NCBI GenBank assembly: GCA_964199315.1
Contig: OZ116699.1
Location: 2,542,001-2,606,000, forward strand
DNA length: 64,000 bases
Source: Orbicella franksi
Taxonomy: Eukaryota
Reading direction: 5' to 3'
In this document: in pieces, positions 36,865 to 49,516 of the stretch
How positions within the stretch are numbered: position 1 is the stretch's first letter
Layout of the letters: each line of letters starts with the position of its first letter
The notes under the pieces: generated by a model
The model's input: the letters and a program-made list of their open reading frames with translations, nothing else
Told to the model about the DNA's origin: nothing
Databases searched by the model: none
Made by a program: the position numbers and the translations under genes

Positions 36865-37759
36865 CACAATACAAATTTATTAATAGTTAATCTGTATATA
36901 TAACTCGTTAAGGAATGACAACTGTAAATATATTTTTTTAAAATAGCTAATTAACGCAGAATACTAAATGGTTTTTGAAAACTGAATCCCACTCCATTGT
37001 GAATTTAAGCAAGAATTTGCACAGGGAAGTTTATGTTCTTTCAACACTAGTGTACCTGTAGAAACCTCGTTCATGCAGGGGCACAAATATAGATTTATGT
37101 CACTTTCAGTTTTGTGATGTACAGGAAGCAATACAAATCAATACAAGACTCTATGCATCCTTTCTATTGTATAAATATAGTGCACATATCAAAGCATATG
37201 TAGAAATAAATTCTGACCATGTAGACAAGTATGAAAATGATACAATTGCTCTGAAACAAAGTGAGGTTTCAATGAATTGATGGGGCGGGGGAGGGGTACA
37301 CCCACAACGAAAATTCTAGGAGTACCCCGAACAAAACAGAGCTGACCCAGAAACAAAGCCCCGGAAGCCCATGAACAAAGCTGGAACAACTATTGGAAAA
37401 ATCGTTTTCAGTCGGGTGTTGGTGCTACCCATCCGTTATGTTTTGCAACATTTTCTTGATCTAAAGAAAACCACTCGCATATTGTTGTCCCTGTTAGCAG
37501 AGAAATCTTTAAACTAAGGGGCAATTTACCAAGAATACTAAAACTACCTTGCCACTTGACAATATTGTGAGCTGCACAACAATAAAGGTGTCACTGCAAA
37601 GTAAGAAGGAAACCATCTTTCAAACTCTCGCATCTTGCCAGTTGTATTTAGAGAGCAAAGTGAAGAAGTTGCAGATAAAATAAAAACAAATACCTTTCAA
37701 AAATCTTTTCTGTAAACTTGTGGACAGGCCAGCTCAGAGCACCAAGGGCATGATCCCTG

Positions 37760-37988
37760 GAGCCAGTTTCTCGAAGACCCCGAAACGTTTTCACACCCGG
37801 AAAGCCATAGCAAAATCTCGAAGGTTATGATTACTGAGCTGTTTTACTCAAGTATTTTCAATATGAACAGAGGTTCCCTTCATACAAGAAGTTTTAGCCC
37901 AATACACGTCCTCCGTTTTTAGCTACAGATGAACTAAAAATGGCTTTACGGGCCCGAGAAGTTGCCGGGGCTTTCGAGAAACGGGCCC
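37760..37988. mobile_element. PIF/Harbinger-type MITE, copy 2
   Basis: Colinear with 8418-8645 and flanked by TSD CTG...CTG. Left TIR is decayed. Confidence 0.82.
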
Positions 37989-38367
37989 CTGGGGGGATCT
38001 TTCTCCCCTGTTCACTGGCCAAGCTCTTCAGTACTTTTCCGTTTCCTGTTCAGTTAGTCAATAATTCGGTGTTTTCACAAACTAAGGGAGTGGTCAGGGC
38101 AAAAAAGGTCAAAAAAGGAAAAGAAGACATTATTGAGGCCCCATTGGGGTAGGGATGGTGTCTTCGAGTACGAGTATCCCATATCCCGTTTAATTTTTTG
38201 GACTTTTATCGCTATTTCACGTATCCCAAATCCTGGTGACCCCTTATAGGGTTTCATTCATACGTCTCAATTTGAGGCCCGCACAGGCAAAAATTCTCAA
38301 CTTTCACTAAAGGACGTCGTTCTTGCATCATTTTTGTTTTTTTCGTTCTTGCATCATGCTATTCCTT

Positions 38368-39335
38368 ATAGAGGGGAACGTTGGGATTTTCGGTTTTGCG
38401 GATTTGGCCAATTTTGGTTCGGTTTTTCGGTTTTTGCACTTAAACTGCGGTTTTTCGGTTTTGGTGTCTTGTGCGGTTTGCGGGTTTTCTCCAACTCAGT
38501 CTTTTGTTTTCGATTTTTGTCAACCATAATAGCATTTTACGGTTTTTCTGGTTTTGTCAAGGAAGCGTAGTACACCCTGCAGTCTCGCTAAAACTCTAAT
38601 TCTGCTAATTCCAAGGGACCACTTATATAGCCGTCTACCCGGACTTTCTTTTAGACGATGTATGACACGCCTAGTCTCTCAATATAGCAGCCGCTACTTG
38701 GGTCGTAACGGCTGCCAAGCAGACTATGAAAAGCTTAAGATAACATCAAAGCAAAGGACTATTTCTCAAATATCACACGGCTGGGATAATATGGTGTGGA
38801 CTTTGACCTTAGACTGTGGACCATCGAGTTTCTATTAATAGCTCGATTGCAAGTTGTCTCCCTTTTTTCGTCGGAATAACACTGCGCTCACTCACTCCGT
38901 TCACGTGGAATAAAAGCAAAGGAGAGACTGTTTGGTTGTAAAAAGTAGTTTGGTTGTAAAATGTGGCTGCCATTGTGCAGTACACAAATGAAAATTCTGA
39001 CAATGGCAATTAAAAAGCACTGCTTCAGAATGTGGTGTTTCTTTTAAACAAAAATCACCTAAAATCATGTTATCGTGCTTTTTTTTTCCTAGTTTCACAT
39101 CGCTATAGGTCTGAAGCCAATTAACAAAAAAATAAAGCAATTTTTTAGATTATGATGAGTTCTGTACCAACGAGGGGAAATGCTGAAGGAACTTTGAAAG
39201 TAAAACAAGTTTAGACTTGAAGGAAGAGATTCGGTTTTCGGTTTTGGACGAAATTTTTTGTGGTTAAATTGCAATTTTCAGAGAGTTTTTGTGCGGTTTT
39301 TCGGTATTTCTAATAGGCCCCTTTGCCCTCCTTAG
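38368..39335. mobile_element. Probable non-autonomous DNA transposon with CGGTTTT subterminal arrays
   Basis: Clusters of cggtttt motifs at 38390-38560 and 39230-39310. Terminal inverted similarity is weak and no TSD was found. Confidence 0.45.
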
Positions 39336-39814
39336 CCCTGGGACTGAAGGTACCATATTTGGTTGATCCAAAACAAAGGGTATTTCTTCAGTTAACATGG
39401 ACGCTCAAAGGACTTTGTTCTGTTTGTTGTTCCAGAATTTCAAGGTTTTCCTGAATTTGTAGCAGATTACTTAAAATCTTGTCTCGAGAATGAGGAGGGA
39501 GCGCAAATCAATGTTCAGTCTTCATGGATTACGTTCAACATAGGATTGGCTGGTAGTATTGCGTTACAAGATATCGTTACCGTCGACGATCGTCGAAGTC
39601 TTCACGAATTGACAAGGACGTGACAATCCGAACCGAACGCTTACAAGTGCATCCTTTTTCCTCGAAGAATCTTCCTTCGTATTCAGAAAAACAGATCGTG
39701 TATATATATACTAATTCGATGTTCGCCTTAACTTAAATTTGTCGTGTATAATTATTTTGCTTGTATCAACTGTGTATTGTTGTTATTCGCTCTGCGGACG
39801 TCGCAGTTAAATCA

Positions 39815-42800
39815 ATGGAGTTAGCTGAAGTCAGTGTCGCTCACTTCTCTTCGTGGGTACAGACATCGTCCGAGAGAAAACTGTACAGAGATGACTCTAG
39901 AACTTCAAAGGGATCCAGGAGAGGATCTAGAAAAGCCTCTCGACAGGATTCTAGAAATTCTTTCACAAAAATCTATTCACCCAAAGCAAAATATTCAGAA
40001 GAGGAATTCAGGGATGCGCTTCAAAAATGGCTAGAGTATCCAGAACATGAAGAAACGATTACATTGAAGAGGCTAGTTAGACAAGGTGTCCAACCAAATC
40101 TAAGATGTGATCTATGGAAGGATGCCAGTGGTGGAGCAGACATCATTTTCAATTCTCCTCACTACTATGAAGAAATGATTGATGATATGGGTAAGAAAGT
40201 AGCAAGACCTATAAATACATGAAAGATGTCAGAGGGGTGGGGGCGGGGGAGTGGGGGTAGTACCCATCACTTTTAATCTTTAAAAGTGGCAGTGTTGTGT
40301 AAAATACTTTTAGGGGGTTGAAACTGCAGTTTTGGACATTTCAGGTCATTAATTTTGTCATATGTTGGGCGCCTAACCAAACAAGTACTTTTTGAGGAGT
40401 TGTGGTACATTTAAAGGGGAATACTGTATTTTATGGGACATTTTTTTGGTGTTAACCCTCAATGTTTGCCTCACCCTATCACACCATAGTTTCTGTTGGG
40501 TAGCCTCTAAGAGTCAAAGGGTTTCCCGGGGATAGGCCTGAGGGATTGCTTTCTTATTTTTGAATATGTTTTAAGTTACTTTTTTTAATAGAATAAGTGC
40601 TGACATGTATTTAACATGTTTAATAGGCTCAATTTTGCCTCTTTTTTTAATTTGGTCTCCATTTCTCCCTAGAGGAGCGGGCTCCTTTACGGAAAAGTGG
40701 CCAGTAATCAAGTCTATAGGTTTTTAAAGACTATGCAACAATTTCCTATATTTTCAATAAATAATTTAATATTTATATGTTTATTCGTAACCATTGTTCT
40801 GCAGGTATCCAAGTCCCTTCCAGTATACCTTTGACCATTTTCAGTGGCACCAGAGATGTTCCAGCTTATCTTTTATCACCTGATGGAGAGAAAACATGTT
40901 TAAAAATACTCTACATCCTCTCTCACATGCATCCAGATATCCATTTTGCACCTGTAGTTCCTCCATTAGTATCATTATGTCTTCATTTCATGGAGGAAAA
41001 TCTTTGTTATGCTTGCTTGTCTGCCTTGATGGATTCCAGGCGATCCATGTTGGACCAAAGTCAGAGAGCTTATGCTGTTATGGCAAAAACATTCCAGGAC
41101 TCCTTGAAGTCTTATTTTGTAAGTTGGACGTTAAAGTACCTACCACTGCATCATTCCAAGTCTGATACATGTGAATATATTACAATGTATGTGAAAAATA
41201 AATAAATCACCTTTATTTACCCTTAGTCAATGTTATAGCAAAAGGCATCTGGGACCAAGCTATTATATTTGAAAAGCAAATATTTCAAATTAAATATAAC
41301 AAGGTGAAAAACTCCAGACCAGTTGGCTATTTACAAGCATAGCCAAGGAGTTGAACTCGGGACCCTCGTGAAACAACAACCACAGCTAGTGGTCAGAGCA
41401 GAACTTGAACCCATGAAGTCCACCACCCTAGTCCCTAACCACTCAGCCATGCTGCCTCATTGGGAAAATTATGAAAAGTTTCTCTCATTAGGGAAAGTTG
41501 AAGTACACTATTATACCTGTCTTCTCTTTTATGTTCCATCACAGATGTCATCTTATAAACAGATAAAAGAATTCCTTCAGACAGCCAAAGGAGAACAGAT
41601 ACCTAAGAATACTATTCTAGTTCCTGATTGGCTTATTTGGATGTTTCATTACATTGATTTTTGGACTTTGGTAAGTTTTTTTTATATATTGATAAGTCAA
41701 AATATTCTCACATTTTGATCAGCTCTTACCTATGATTTATTATATGACTGTGTCTCACAAGGACTGGGAACTACTGAATTCATGAATTTGATTGGCTGAA
41801 ATTGATTTTGACTGCGTTCTAGATTTTCCCATCGAGGCTGGCATCTGGACCCGTTACATTTGGCAGTAACAAAGTTGCAAACTAATATACAAGAATATTG
41901 ACAATTGTTGCTAAAAATATCAGTGGAAGTGCCAAAAAACCTGATGAGAAGAAAAAAGTAAAGAGGTCGAGCAAACTTTGACAGATTTAAGTTCAGCTCA
42001 TCACCATTCGCTAGCAAAATCAGTCAGCTACATATAGTATAAGCCACAGTTACATTAAATGAATTAAACTATTCTTGTTTGGCATGTAATATATATCTTA
42101 CTAACTGAGCTTAGTCAGTCTGTATGGGAGAATCTTGACCTTGATCATGTGTACAGACCTCACTGCATTCGGTTTGTACGAACAACCTCGGTCAAGATTC
42201 TCTCATACAGACTTCATGCTCAGTTAACGAGAGCTAACTATTAGTGGACAGATTTACAGATGGCATCACGTTTTGCTTCTTTTTACTTGAAAGATTAATA
42301 GATCCCATTGAATGATGTTTCTGCCAGTCAGTTCAGTAATATATTGCTGAAGACGTTAAAATGTTAGTAGGAACTTCAGTAGCATTTTGTGCAGGAAGGT
42401 TAGGCATTAGGGTGCCACATTTTGACGTCATCTGTGATCTAATACTGAACAGATGCATGGCAATTATCTGAGATGAAAATGCCTGCATGGTGCAAACTTT
42501 GAAAGTTACTTTCAAAGGGTGGCTATTTGTTTATTGCAGTTAAAATACTTGTAATTATATTTTTAATCAGTTAGATATTCATTATGTATCTCTTGTTATT
42601 TATAGGTCTACATTGTTGATAGTTTTCTTGTCCAAGGGCCCAAAGTTCTTGTACGTGTAGGTTTGATTGTCTTCAACCAGTTTGCAAAGTTCATTGAAAA
42701 AGAAGGTAATGATACCAGGCTAACTAAAAATGATGGTGTTACTGATAGCTTGCATAGCAAGCATGCTGTTTGAGAGGAGGAATGAGCAAAGTCATCTCTC

Positions 42801-45581
42801 ACTTCATTGATTTTTCTGCCCTTGCCCAAATTTTTCACATGGCCAGAAGGCCCTTTGTTTGTCCTAAAATGCTTGCTACATGTATGCAATGGTTTGTTAC
42901 TTGACAATATATTCAATGTTGGGAAGTTACAGTGACTTCAATTTACACACTGTTGTTGTATTTTCAGAAGCAGTGTCAGAAAATGGTAACTTGGAGGAAC
43001 TTTTCAAGCAGTTTGCTTCTTTGATGCCATTGAGAGGATACAAACTTCTTCAGGTAACTTTTATGAAAACATTATATTTAATGTATGCCTGTAGTCTTTA
43101 TGTAACCATTGTTTTTCTCACATTTTGTTGAGTTCTATTTTTGAACAAATTGTATAAATTGCTGTTCTCTTAATTTCTACAGACTGCTTTCAGGATTCGA
43201 GGTCTCTCAAGAAAGCAGCTGGATAGATTGAAGAGTAAAAATATTACTTTACTGGAAAATGGATCACTGACTGTACCAGAACAAACTTGGGAAACACTTA
43301 ATCAATCCCTTACAGTGTTTGCAGTCAAAGGTTCCAGCATAATTTCGTCTCAAGAGGTTTTTGTTTTTCAGTTATTTATTTCTTGTTGGTAATTTAGTTC
43401 TGATTTTTTTCATTCTTGTCGCTTGTCTACTTGACAATTTAAACTCAAGAGGAAGGTTTAAAATGAACTGCTTAAGCTGTATGACTGGCACCAGCACTAT
43501 GTACAATGTACTTGCAACATAAGAAGAGCTCCTCGTGTCTATTCTTAGCATCCTTAGCGTAAATTTGACCGTTACTCTTTAGACTTTCTTGGATGCATTT
43601 CATCTAGATGATTGTGTTTCTTTTTCACTTTTTGATCCATGTCCTTTTGTAGTGGGAATTACTGTCGTCGTGGTTACCTGACAGGCTGCGTATCAAGAAA
43701 CCTGTATGCTTATTCAAGACAGATACTGATGGATACAGGTATAATGTAGTTACGGAGTTAACAATGAAAAAAAAAAGGGGGTTTTTTAACCTTACATCAC
43801 AGGTCACTCAACTAGTTTGTCCTAACCAAATTAGACATTGAGGTTTGCTGAATGGCGAGAAGCAAATCTTCCAGATGTGATTTTTCATTGATTTGATTGA
43901 CATTGTATAATCAATATAAAAGCTGAATGTCCTTCAAGTTTTTCCAACCCATTTTGGGTTTGTATTCATTTCTGAAACAAGCTAAAACACCCTTACCTAG
44001 TCCTTCTATAATCAGTATAAAAAACCTGTCCTTCAGGTTTTCCAAGTCTTTTTAAGTTGTGCGCATTTCTGAAACAAGGTAAAACAGCCTCTTAATGTCA
44101 CACAAGGTAAAATATGTAACCTGCAAGTCACTGATTCTGAGTAATGATAGGTAGGATTTTAACAACCGTTTAAAAATGTGGTTGGAGAAAATCATGATTT
44201 GTACACTCATTTTTGTTTTCTTTTTGCCTTTTTTTTTCATCATGCTGAAGAAACCAGTACTGCTATCTTCAGCACCCCAATGCATGAAAGTATCATTTCT
44301 TTGTGTTGAATGATTGACAAGTTCTGTGTTGTTTCAGCATTCGGACTCTTTACGAGAAATGCAAGGATGATGATGAGACAATTCTGTTAGTCAAGTCATC
44401 TGTTGGTGAGGTGAGGAAAATGTCCTGGGCAGCATCTCAAATAAAAAATAACTGCTAAGTCAGCTATTTTTAACTATTTGAAAATGAAGTTCCAGTGAAT
44501 TCCACTGCTATTTGGCAAACTGCTTCAATGGAGCAGTTAATCTGGTGTTCTGACATTTAGAAGTAACAACTGGCTGATTGAAAGCCAATAAGTAATTCAG
44601 CTCTAACAGAACTAGATGCAGGTCATTTGTTGGATTATGTTCTGTGACGGGAAGTATCATAAGCCTGCATAAGCCTGCATTGAAGGTATAGTATATATTT
44701 GTATAGATGCTTGATTACCTAGCACTGTACATGTAGGTCAGGTAGACAAAAGTGTAGAAAAGTACATGTAGCTGAAGCAATTTGCACGTATTGCAGGCCT
44801 ATTACTCAGAGAGTGATGTCCATGTAATTTTGACCTGCATTACATTCATGTAAAGTAAAACTCACAAATTGTGTCCAGTCTCTGTTTTGCAATATATCAC
44901 AGCTCATAATTCATCCCTTTTTTGGTTAAACTTTACAGTAATAATTTACTTTTAAAATATTGCATTTATCCAACAACAGGTCTTTGGTGGTTTTGTAACT
45001 ACCAGCTGGGCTGAAAGAAATGCTGGCCACAAGACTCTTACATACTTTGGTACTGGGGAGAGTTTTGTATTTAGGCTCAGTCCCAGGCCGGCTAAGTATG
45101 CATGGACAGGGTTACAGAAGAAGGGCCTGGGTACCACAGATTTGTTTATGGCTGGAGATGACAAAAGCCTTATGATAGGAGGAGGGTAAGTAACAAGTAA
45201 AATGATTCAGCAAGGAAGTGGAATCATGCAACAAACAAATTATAAAGAATGAAAAACACTGGAATTCTCACATAGTGAAGGATGGTTGAATTTTCATAAG
45301 ATCTAGGGAACCATTTTCTAGATTCAGGCAAGTCAAGTTTTTGTTGTGGTAGCCAAAACCCTGGCAGCTTTTTTTCTTAGATCTCTTAGATTTGATCTTA
45401 GTCAGTATAATAACTCGGATTATATTTTCTTTTCAGTGGTGATAATGCTATTTGGTTAGACAATGAACTCTGTCGCGGGCACAGTGGCACTAGTGAGACA
45501 TTTGGAAATGAGCAGCTCACAGAGTCTCCAGATTTCCTGTGCACAAAAGTTGAAGTGTTAGGTTTTGTTACAGAAACCTGA
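39815..45581 (+). CDS. TBC1D24: TBC1 domain family member 24 (TBC + TLDc), 10 exons, ~561 aa
   Basis: Phase-consistent exons 39815-40190, 40805-41118, 41545-41670, 42606-42705, 42968-43053, 43183-43356, 43653-43738, 44338-44410, 44980-45185, 45437-45581. TBC motifs LKRLVRQGV..LRCDLW, HPDIHFAPVVPPLVSLCLH, VDSFLVQGPKVLVRVGL. TLDc motifs WLPDRL, VFGGFVTTSW, YFGTGESFVFRL, LFMAG..LMIGGGG..AIWLDNEL, KVEVLGF. Confidence 0.93.
41308..41457 (-). mobile_element. tRNA-derived SINE fragment (second family)
   Basis: Reverse complement reads aggcagcatggctgagtggttagggac...gggttcaagttc (A/B boxes), followed by body sequence. Lies in TBC1D24 intron 2. Confidence 0.7.
41721..42235. mobile_element. Non-autonomous element with a long terminal hairpin, copy 2 (full length, CpG-decayed)
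   Basis: Short TIR agctctta / gagagct, colinear with 6828-7310. Lies in TBC1D24 intron 3. Confidence 0.8.
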
Positions 45582-48046
45582 ATGGAGTAGTAGTTGGCAG
45601 GTTCTTAGCTTGAAACATTAGCTCTCTAGTTAGTAACTTTGTAAGTCATGTATCCCGCTGATCAATATCATAGTGCTATGCTGGCGTGACATTTTTAGTG
45701 TATTTGTGGGTATTTCCACTATTTTTTAAATTTATTTTACAATCAGCATCTGAAACTCTTAGAATGTTTTAATGTTTGAAAATTCATTAAATGTGGCAGT
45801 TGGTCCCAAGACTGGAGAGATGAAATTTCTAAGTTCATTGCAGAGCAATAGTAAAGTAAATCTAGCTTAAAGAATTCTCTTACAGAGCTCTTTTACATTA
45901 TTTTCAATGAACAAAGCTTAAGGACTTTAAATTATCTTATAGGTAAGTTACTGTGTTTGGATACCTTTATTTGCATAATATATATCCTTCATTTTTGTTC
46001 TGTTCAAGTTTTAATATCATTATGGTAAAAAAAAATTTATGGTGCAACCCAAGTTTAAGAAACTCACTCAGTGTCGAAGTTTGCTGAGTGACTGTCCTTT
46101 ACATAAAATTTGATATGAAAACGTTATTGGCGAGATGGTTGGTTCCATTAAGTTATCTTATATGTACATCCAAGTTTTTAATCAAGGGTTGCATTAAAAA
46201 ATTAACCACAATTTGCTTATGAATTACAAGGTTTGTAGCTTAGCCAACTGTTTCATTTAAAATTTTAATTTTTTCAAGGTGAGCCATAGCAGTTTGGTTT
46301 TACACAAAAAAAATTATTTCTGCCTATCAAAAATTAATATATTCTTTAGCATGAAATTATCAAGTGAAAGTGGCATAAATATAATTATATTCAAATTAAT
46401 GTGAATGCAGCAATCAGAATAATTTATATGCAACTATACAGCAGAATTTATTATTGTTATTTTATTCAAATATTGGCTGGTTAATCTAATACATTTTTAA
46501 TTTAATCTAATAGTTGCTCGCCCAGAATAGCTTTGCTAGCTGCGAGCTACTAAAGCTCATAAACTTATTATATATCAATAAAAATTACTGGCATTGTTAC
46601 GTTATATATTAATATTTCAAAAGGTATTTAGTTGTCTGAGTACCTAGGTTATGTTGATCGCTTATAAGTTAACAGCCCATGTTAAATGTAGGGACGTCAA
46701 TGTGAATGAATATGCAATAAGCAATTAGGAAAAAGGGAAAATAATCAAGACAGTCTGAATGGAAATGGAGAAAGAATCAAACTCTCAAGTAAAATACTGT
46801 CTATTTGTTAGTTAAATAAAGTTAGGAATCTTAGTACTTTTTGATGTTTCTAAGGTTTTTTTTTAATTTGGCTGTTGCGGCTTTTTTTGAAGCAACATTT
46901 TTCATGTTGCTGTTTTAATCGGATTTTTATGGTTGTTTCTTTGATGTTTTTGTTTTTAGCCAGAACTGGAATAAACACGCTTATGTCGAAATTTGTCAAG
47001 TATGTATTGATTAAAACCCTGGAAACTGGATCAGAGTCCCCTTGAGTTGAACAGCCAAACAAGGATGGCATTGACAAAAATCGCTTAAAAATTGTCGTCA
47101 ACTCCGACGAAAATTTAAACAGGTCCAAATTCGATGAGCGTTGACGTGATTTTGAGTTGTCAACAACGTTTACAACATTTCAATGTCAAGAATTTCGAGC
47201 CAAGCCCACAAAACAGGATCTTGGTACCTTTTGGGAGTTCTTTTCAAAATTGCCGACAAGCGCCCCCGTCCTTTTTATATCAAAGCCCCCCCGGGACTGT
47301 TTGAATGATATTTGCTGTTGATCACTCTATGAGAATGATATACAAACTGTGTCCCAATATTGACTTGGACTCAGTTAAGATCAAAAGCTAACCTATAGCA
47401 GATGTGAGCGGTAGTTCTGTAGCCCGTACGCTTTACATGAAATTTTTTGAGAATATTATCACAGAATTGCAAACTTTGCTGTCTGAGTGATAGAATTTTA
47501 ATTTGATTGCAAATTCAGCGCAGTTGTTTTCACTGAAAGAACTCCTTTTTGTTCGCCAAACCAATCAAAAATGCTAGAGGATTCGTTGTAATTGTTTTGC
47601 GAAAACAAGTTAAGAACTCCTATTGACTTGAAAATACAAAACCAGTTGTGTATAAATTATTTCTTTTGTGCGGTTCCCTAAGGGATTTCCCATTTTTGCT
47701 GTCTTTTGTTTCACATTGAAAGCGACAGAGCAAATCCGATGGAATTTGTTTAAACAGACTTCTGAATTATGACTGAACTGGCTGTGGCAACTGTGTGGAG
47801 TGTTCTGATTACTAATGGCAACGAAACATTCATTCCAAATGTAATCAGTTTGAATCGTACTTGAATTGAGTCCAACTGGAATGCAGCTCTGAGGTAGCTA
47901 TGTTATGATTGAGCACGTGTTTAGATTCATCTTGAATTCCATCTGTAACCACCGAGTGAGACTAATTGGACATTTCAACACTTGAAGCTGCGAATCGGAG
48001 ACTTAGATAAAATTTTGGCTACATTCATATTACGAGTTGGTTTACT

Positions 48047-48131
48047 GGGGAGCAGGGATGGCGCAGTGGTGAGAGCGGTCGCCTCCCACCAATGTGTCCC
48101 GGGTTCACGGACCCGGTGTCATATGTGGGTT

Positions 48132-48165
<34 letters not shown>

Positions 48166-48333
48166 TGTTTTCTCCGGGTACTCCGGTTTTCCCCTCTCCT
48201 CAAAAACCAACATTTCTCAAATTCCAATTCGATCCTTGAATGCACGGACATTTCTGAACGAGTTCTGTGAACTCCTTGGTGCTCCGTGGATAAACAAATT
48301 ACATTTTTACGTTACATTTACATTTACATTTAC
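48047..48333 (+). mobile_element. tRNA-derived SINE with V-domain-like core and (TTACAT)n tail
   Basis: A box tggcgcagtggtgag, degenerate B box ccgggttcacg, central ttctccgggtactccggttttccc, and tandem tacatt tail. Confidence 0.85.
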
Positions 48334-49159
48334 TCTGTGACTAACCTAAAAAAGACAGCGGATTCCTTAAGAACTCAGTCAGTGTATAAGGCTTTGTATT
48401 AATCAAAAAGGGTCGACGCGTAGCATTTCAAAGTAAGGGACGTTTTGGGATCCAAAAAATGATATGGTGATACAAATCTAGCAGTTTTGGAGAGAATGGA
48501 AAACTTCGAGAAGGCATCTTTTTAGCGTGGCCTCAGCCATTAACTGCATTGAAATTATAATTATTCTGATCTCCATCCTTGCCTCCCTTTAAATTAAAAA
48601 TAGACGCCACAAATGTTATGTTAATCACAGTTAGGATAATGCCGATAGTACTCTAAAAAAAAAAGCAATTGATTAATGAGAATTCAGTTCCTTTAGCAAA
48701 CATATAAGTCGACACGTTCTCGTATGTGATTTCAGACATTTCAATACGGTCCATTGGTTTCATTCTGGTTCCCTGGCTCTGTTATTGTACCCGCCCACAG
48801 ACTATAAGCCAGGCTAAAACCATTCTCTGAACTAGTGAAATTCCAATACAATTGTCCTTGCACACCAAATAGTAAGATATTGGTGGGGTAACATAAATGC
48901 AAGAGATTTGAAAGACCTCGATAGAAAGGGATAAAAAGATTTCTTAAAACAAAGCAATGTTCAACTTACATATCGAAGCAGTATCTTTGGTCTCAAATGA
49001 TTCTTATTTAGCTATTTCTCATCGGCGCTTTGTTGCTAACAAAAAAATTCCACTCACTTGCTCTACGTCATAATACAAGCATTTCAATAAATTCAATGAG
49101 AAGTCTTAAGTCTAAGGAAATAATTGTAAAGCTATGTCGGCGGGAAAGTGACACTTATT

Positions 49160-49399
49160 GCATTATTATCACCCTGGCCAATCACAAAAAACACAGACAA
49201 ATCCAGTGAACCAGTCAAAACTAGAAGTTATGACAGGCAGCTGACGCGACGCGCGGGAAAACAAGTGCAATCGAGTCCCGATTGGTTTTGGTTTTACTTC
49301 TGATTAGATAAAACAGTCGCGCGAGTATTTTAAGCCAATCGTGTAGCGTAGTTGAAACAAAGCCAATTACTTTTCGACAATCAAATGAAAACCGCTCTA
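49160..49399. mobile_element. MITE of the TAGAGCGGTTTTCA family, copy 1 (left end decayed)
   Basis: Colinear with 58399-58673 and ends tgaaaaccgctcta, about 120 bp upstream of the ABCC ATG. Confidence 0.75.
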
Positions 49400-49516
49400 A
49401 CTGGGGTTTGTAAAGGATAATTAATAAGGTAATAAGTTGCTTTAAACAAACTAAGAATTCATTATGAAAAAGCCCGCTTTTTCTTAGTTTGTTGCAGTTC
49501 CTAATATTAAGGCAAT

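Noticed and set aside
43926-44095. Diverged ~70-bp direct repeat with 100-bp period in a TBC1D24 intron
   Set aside because: Real but looks like an ordinary old tandem duplication with no sign of function.
47982-48239. 85-aa ORF and tRNA-like sequence
   Set aside because: It is a SINE. The A/B boxes lack a complete cloverleaf, so it is neither a CDS nor a tRNA gene.
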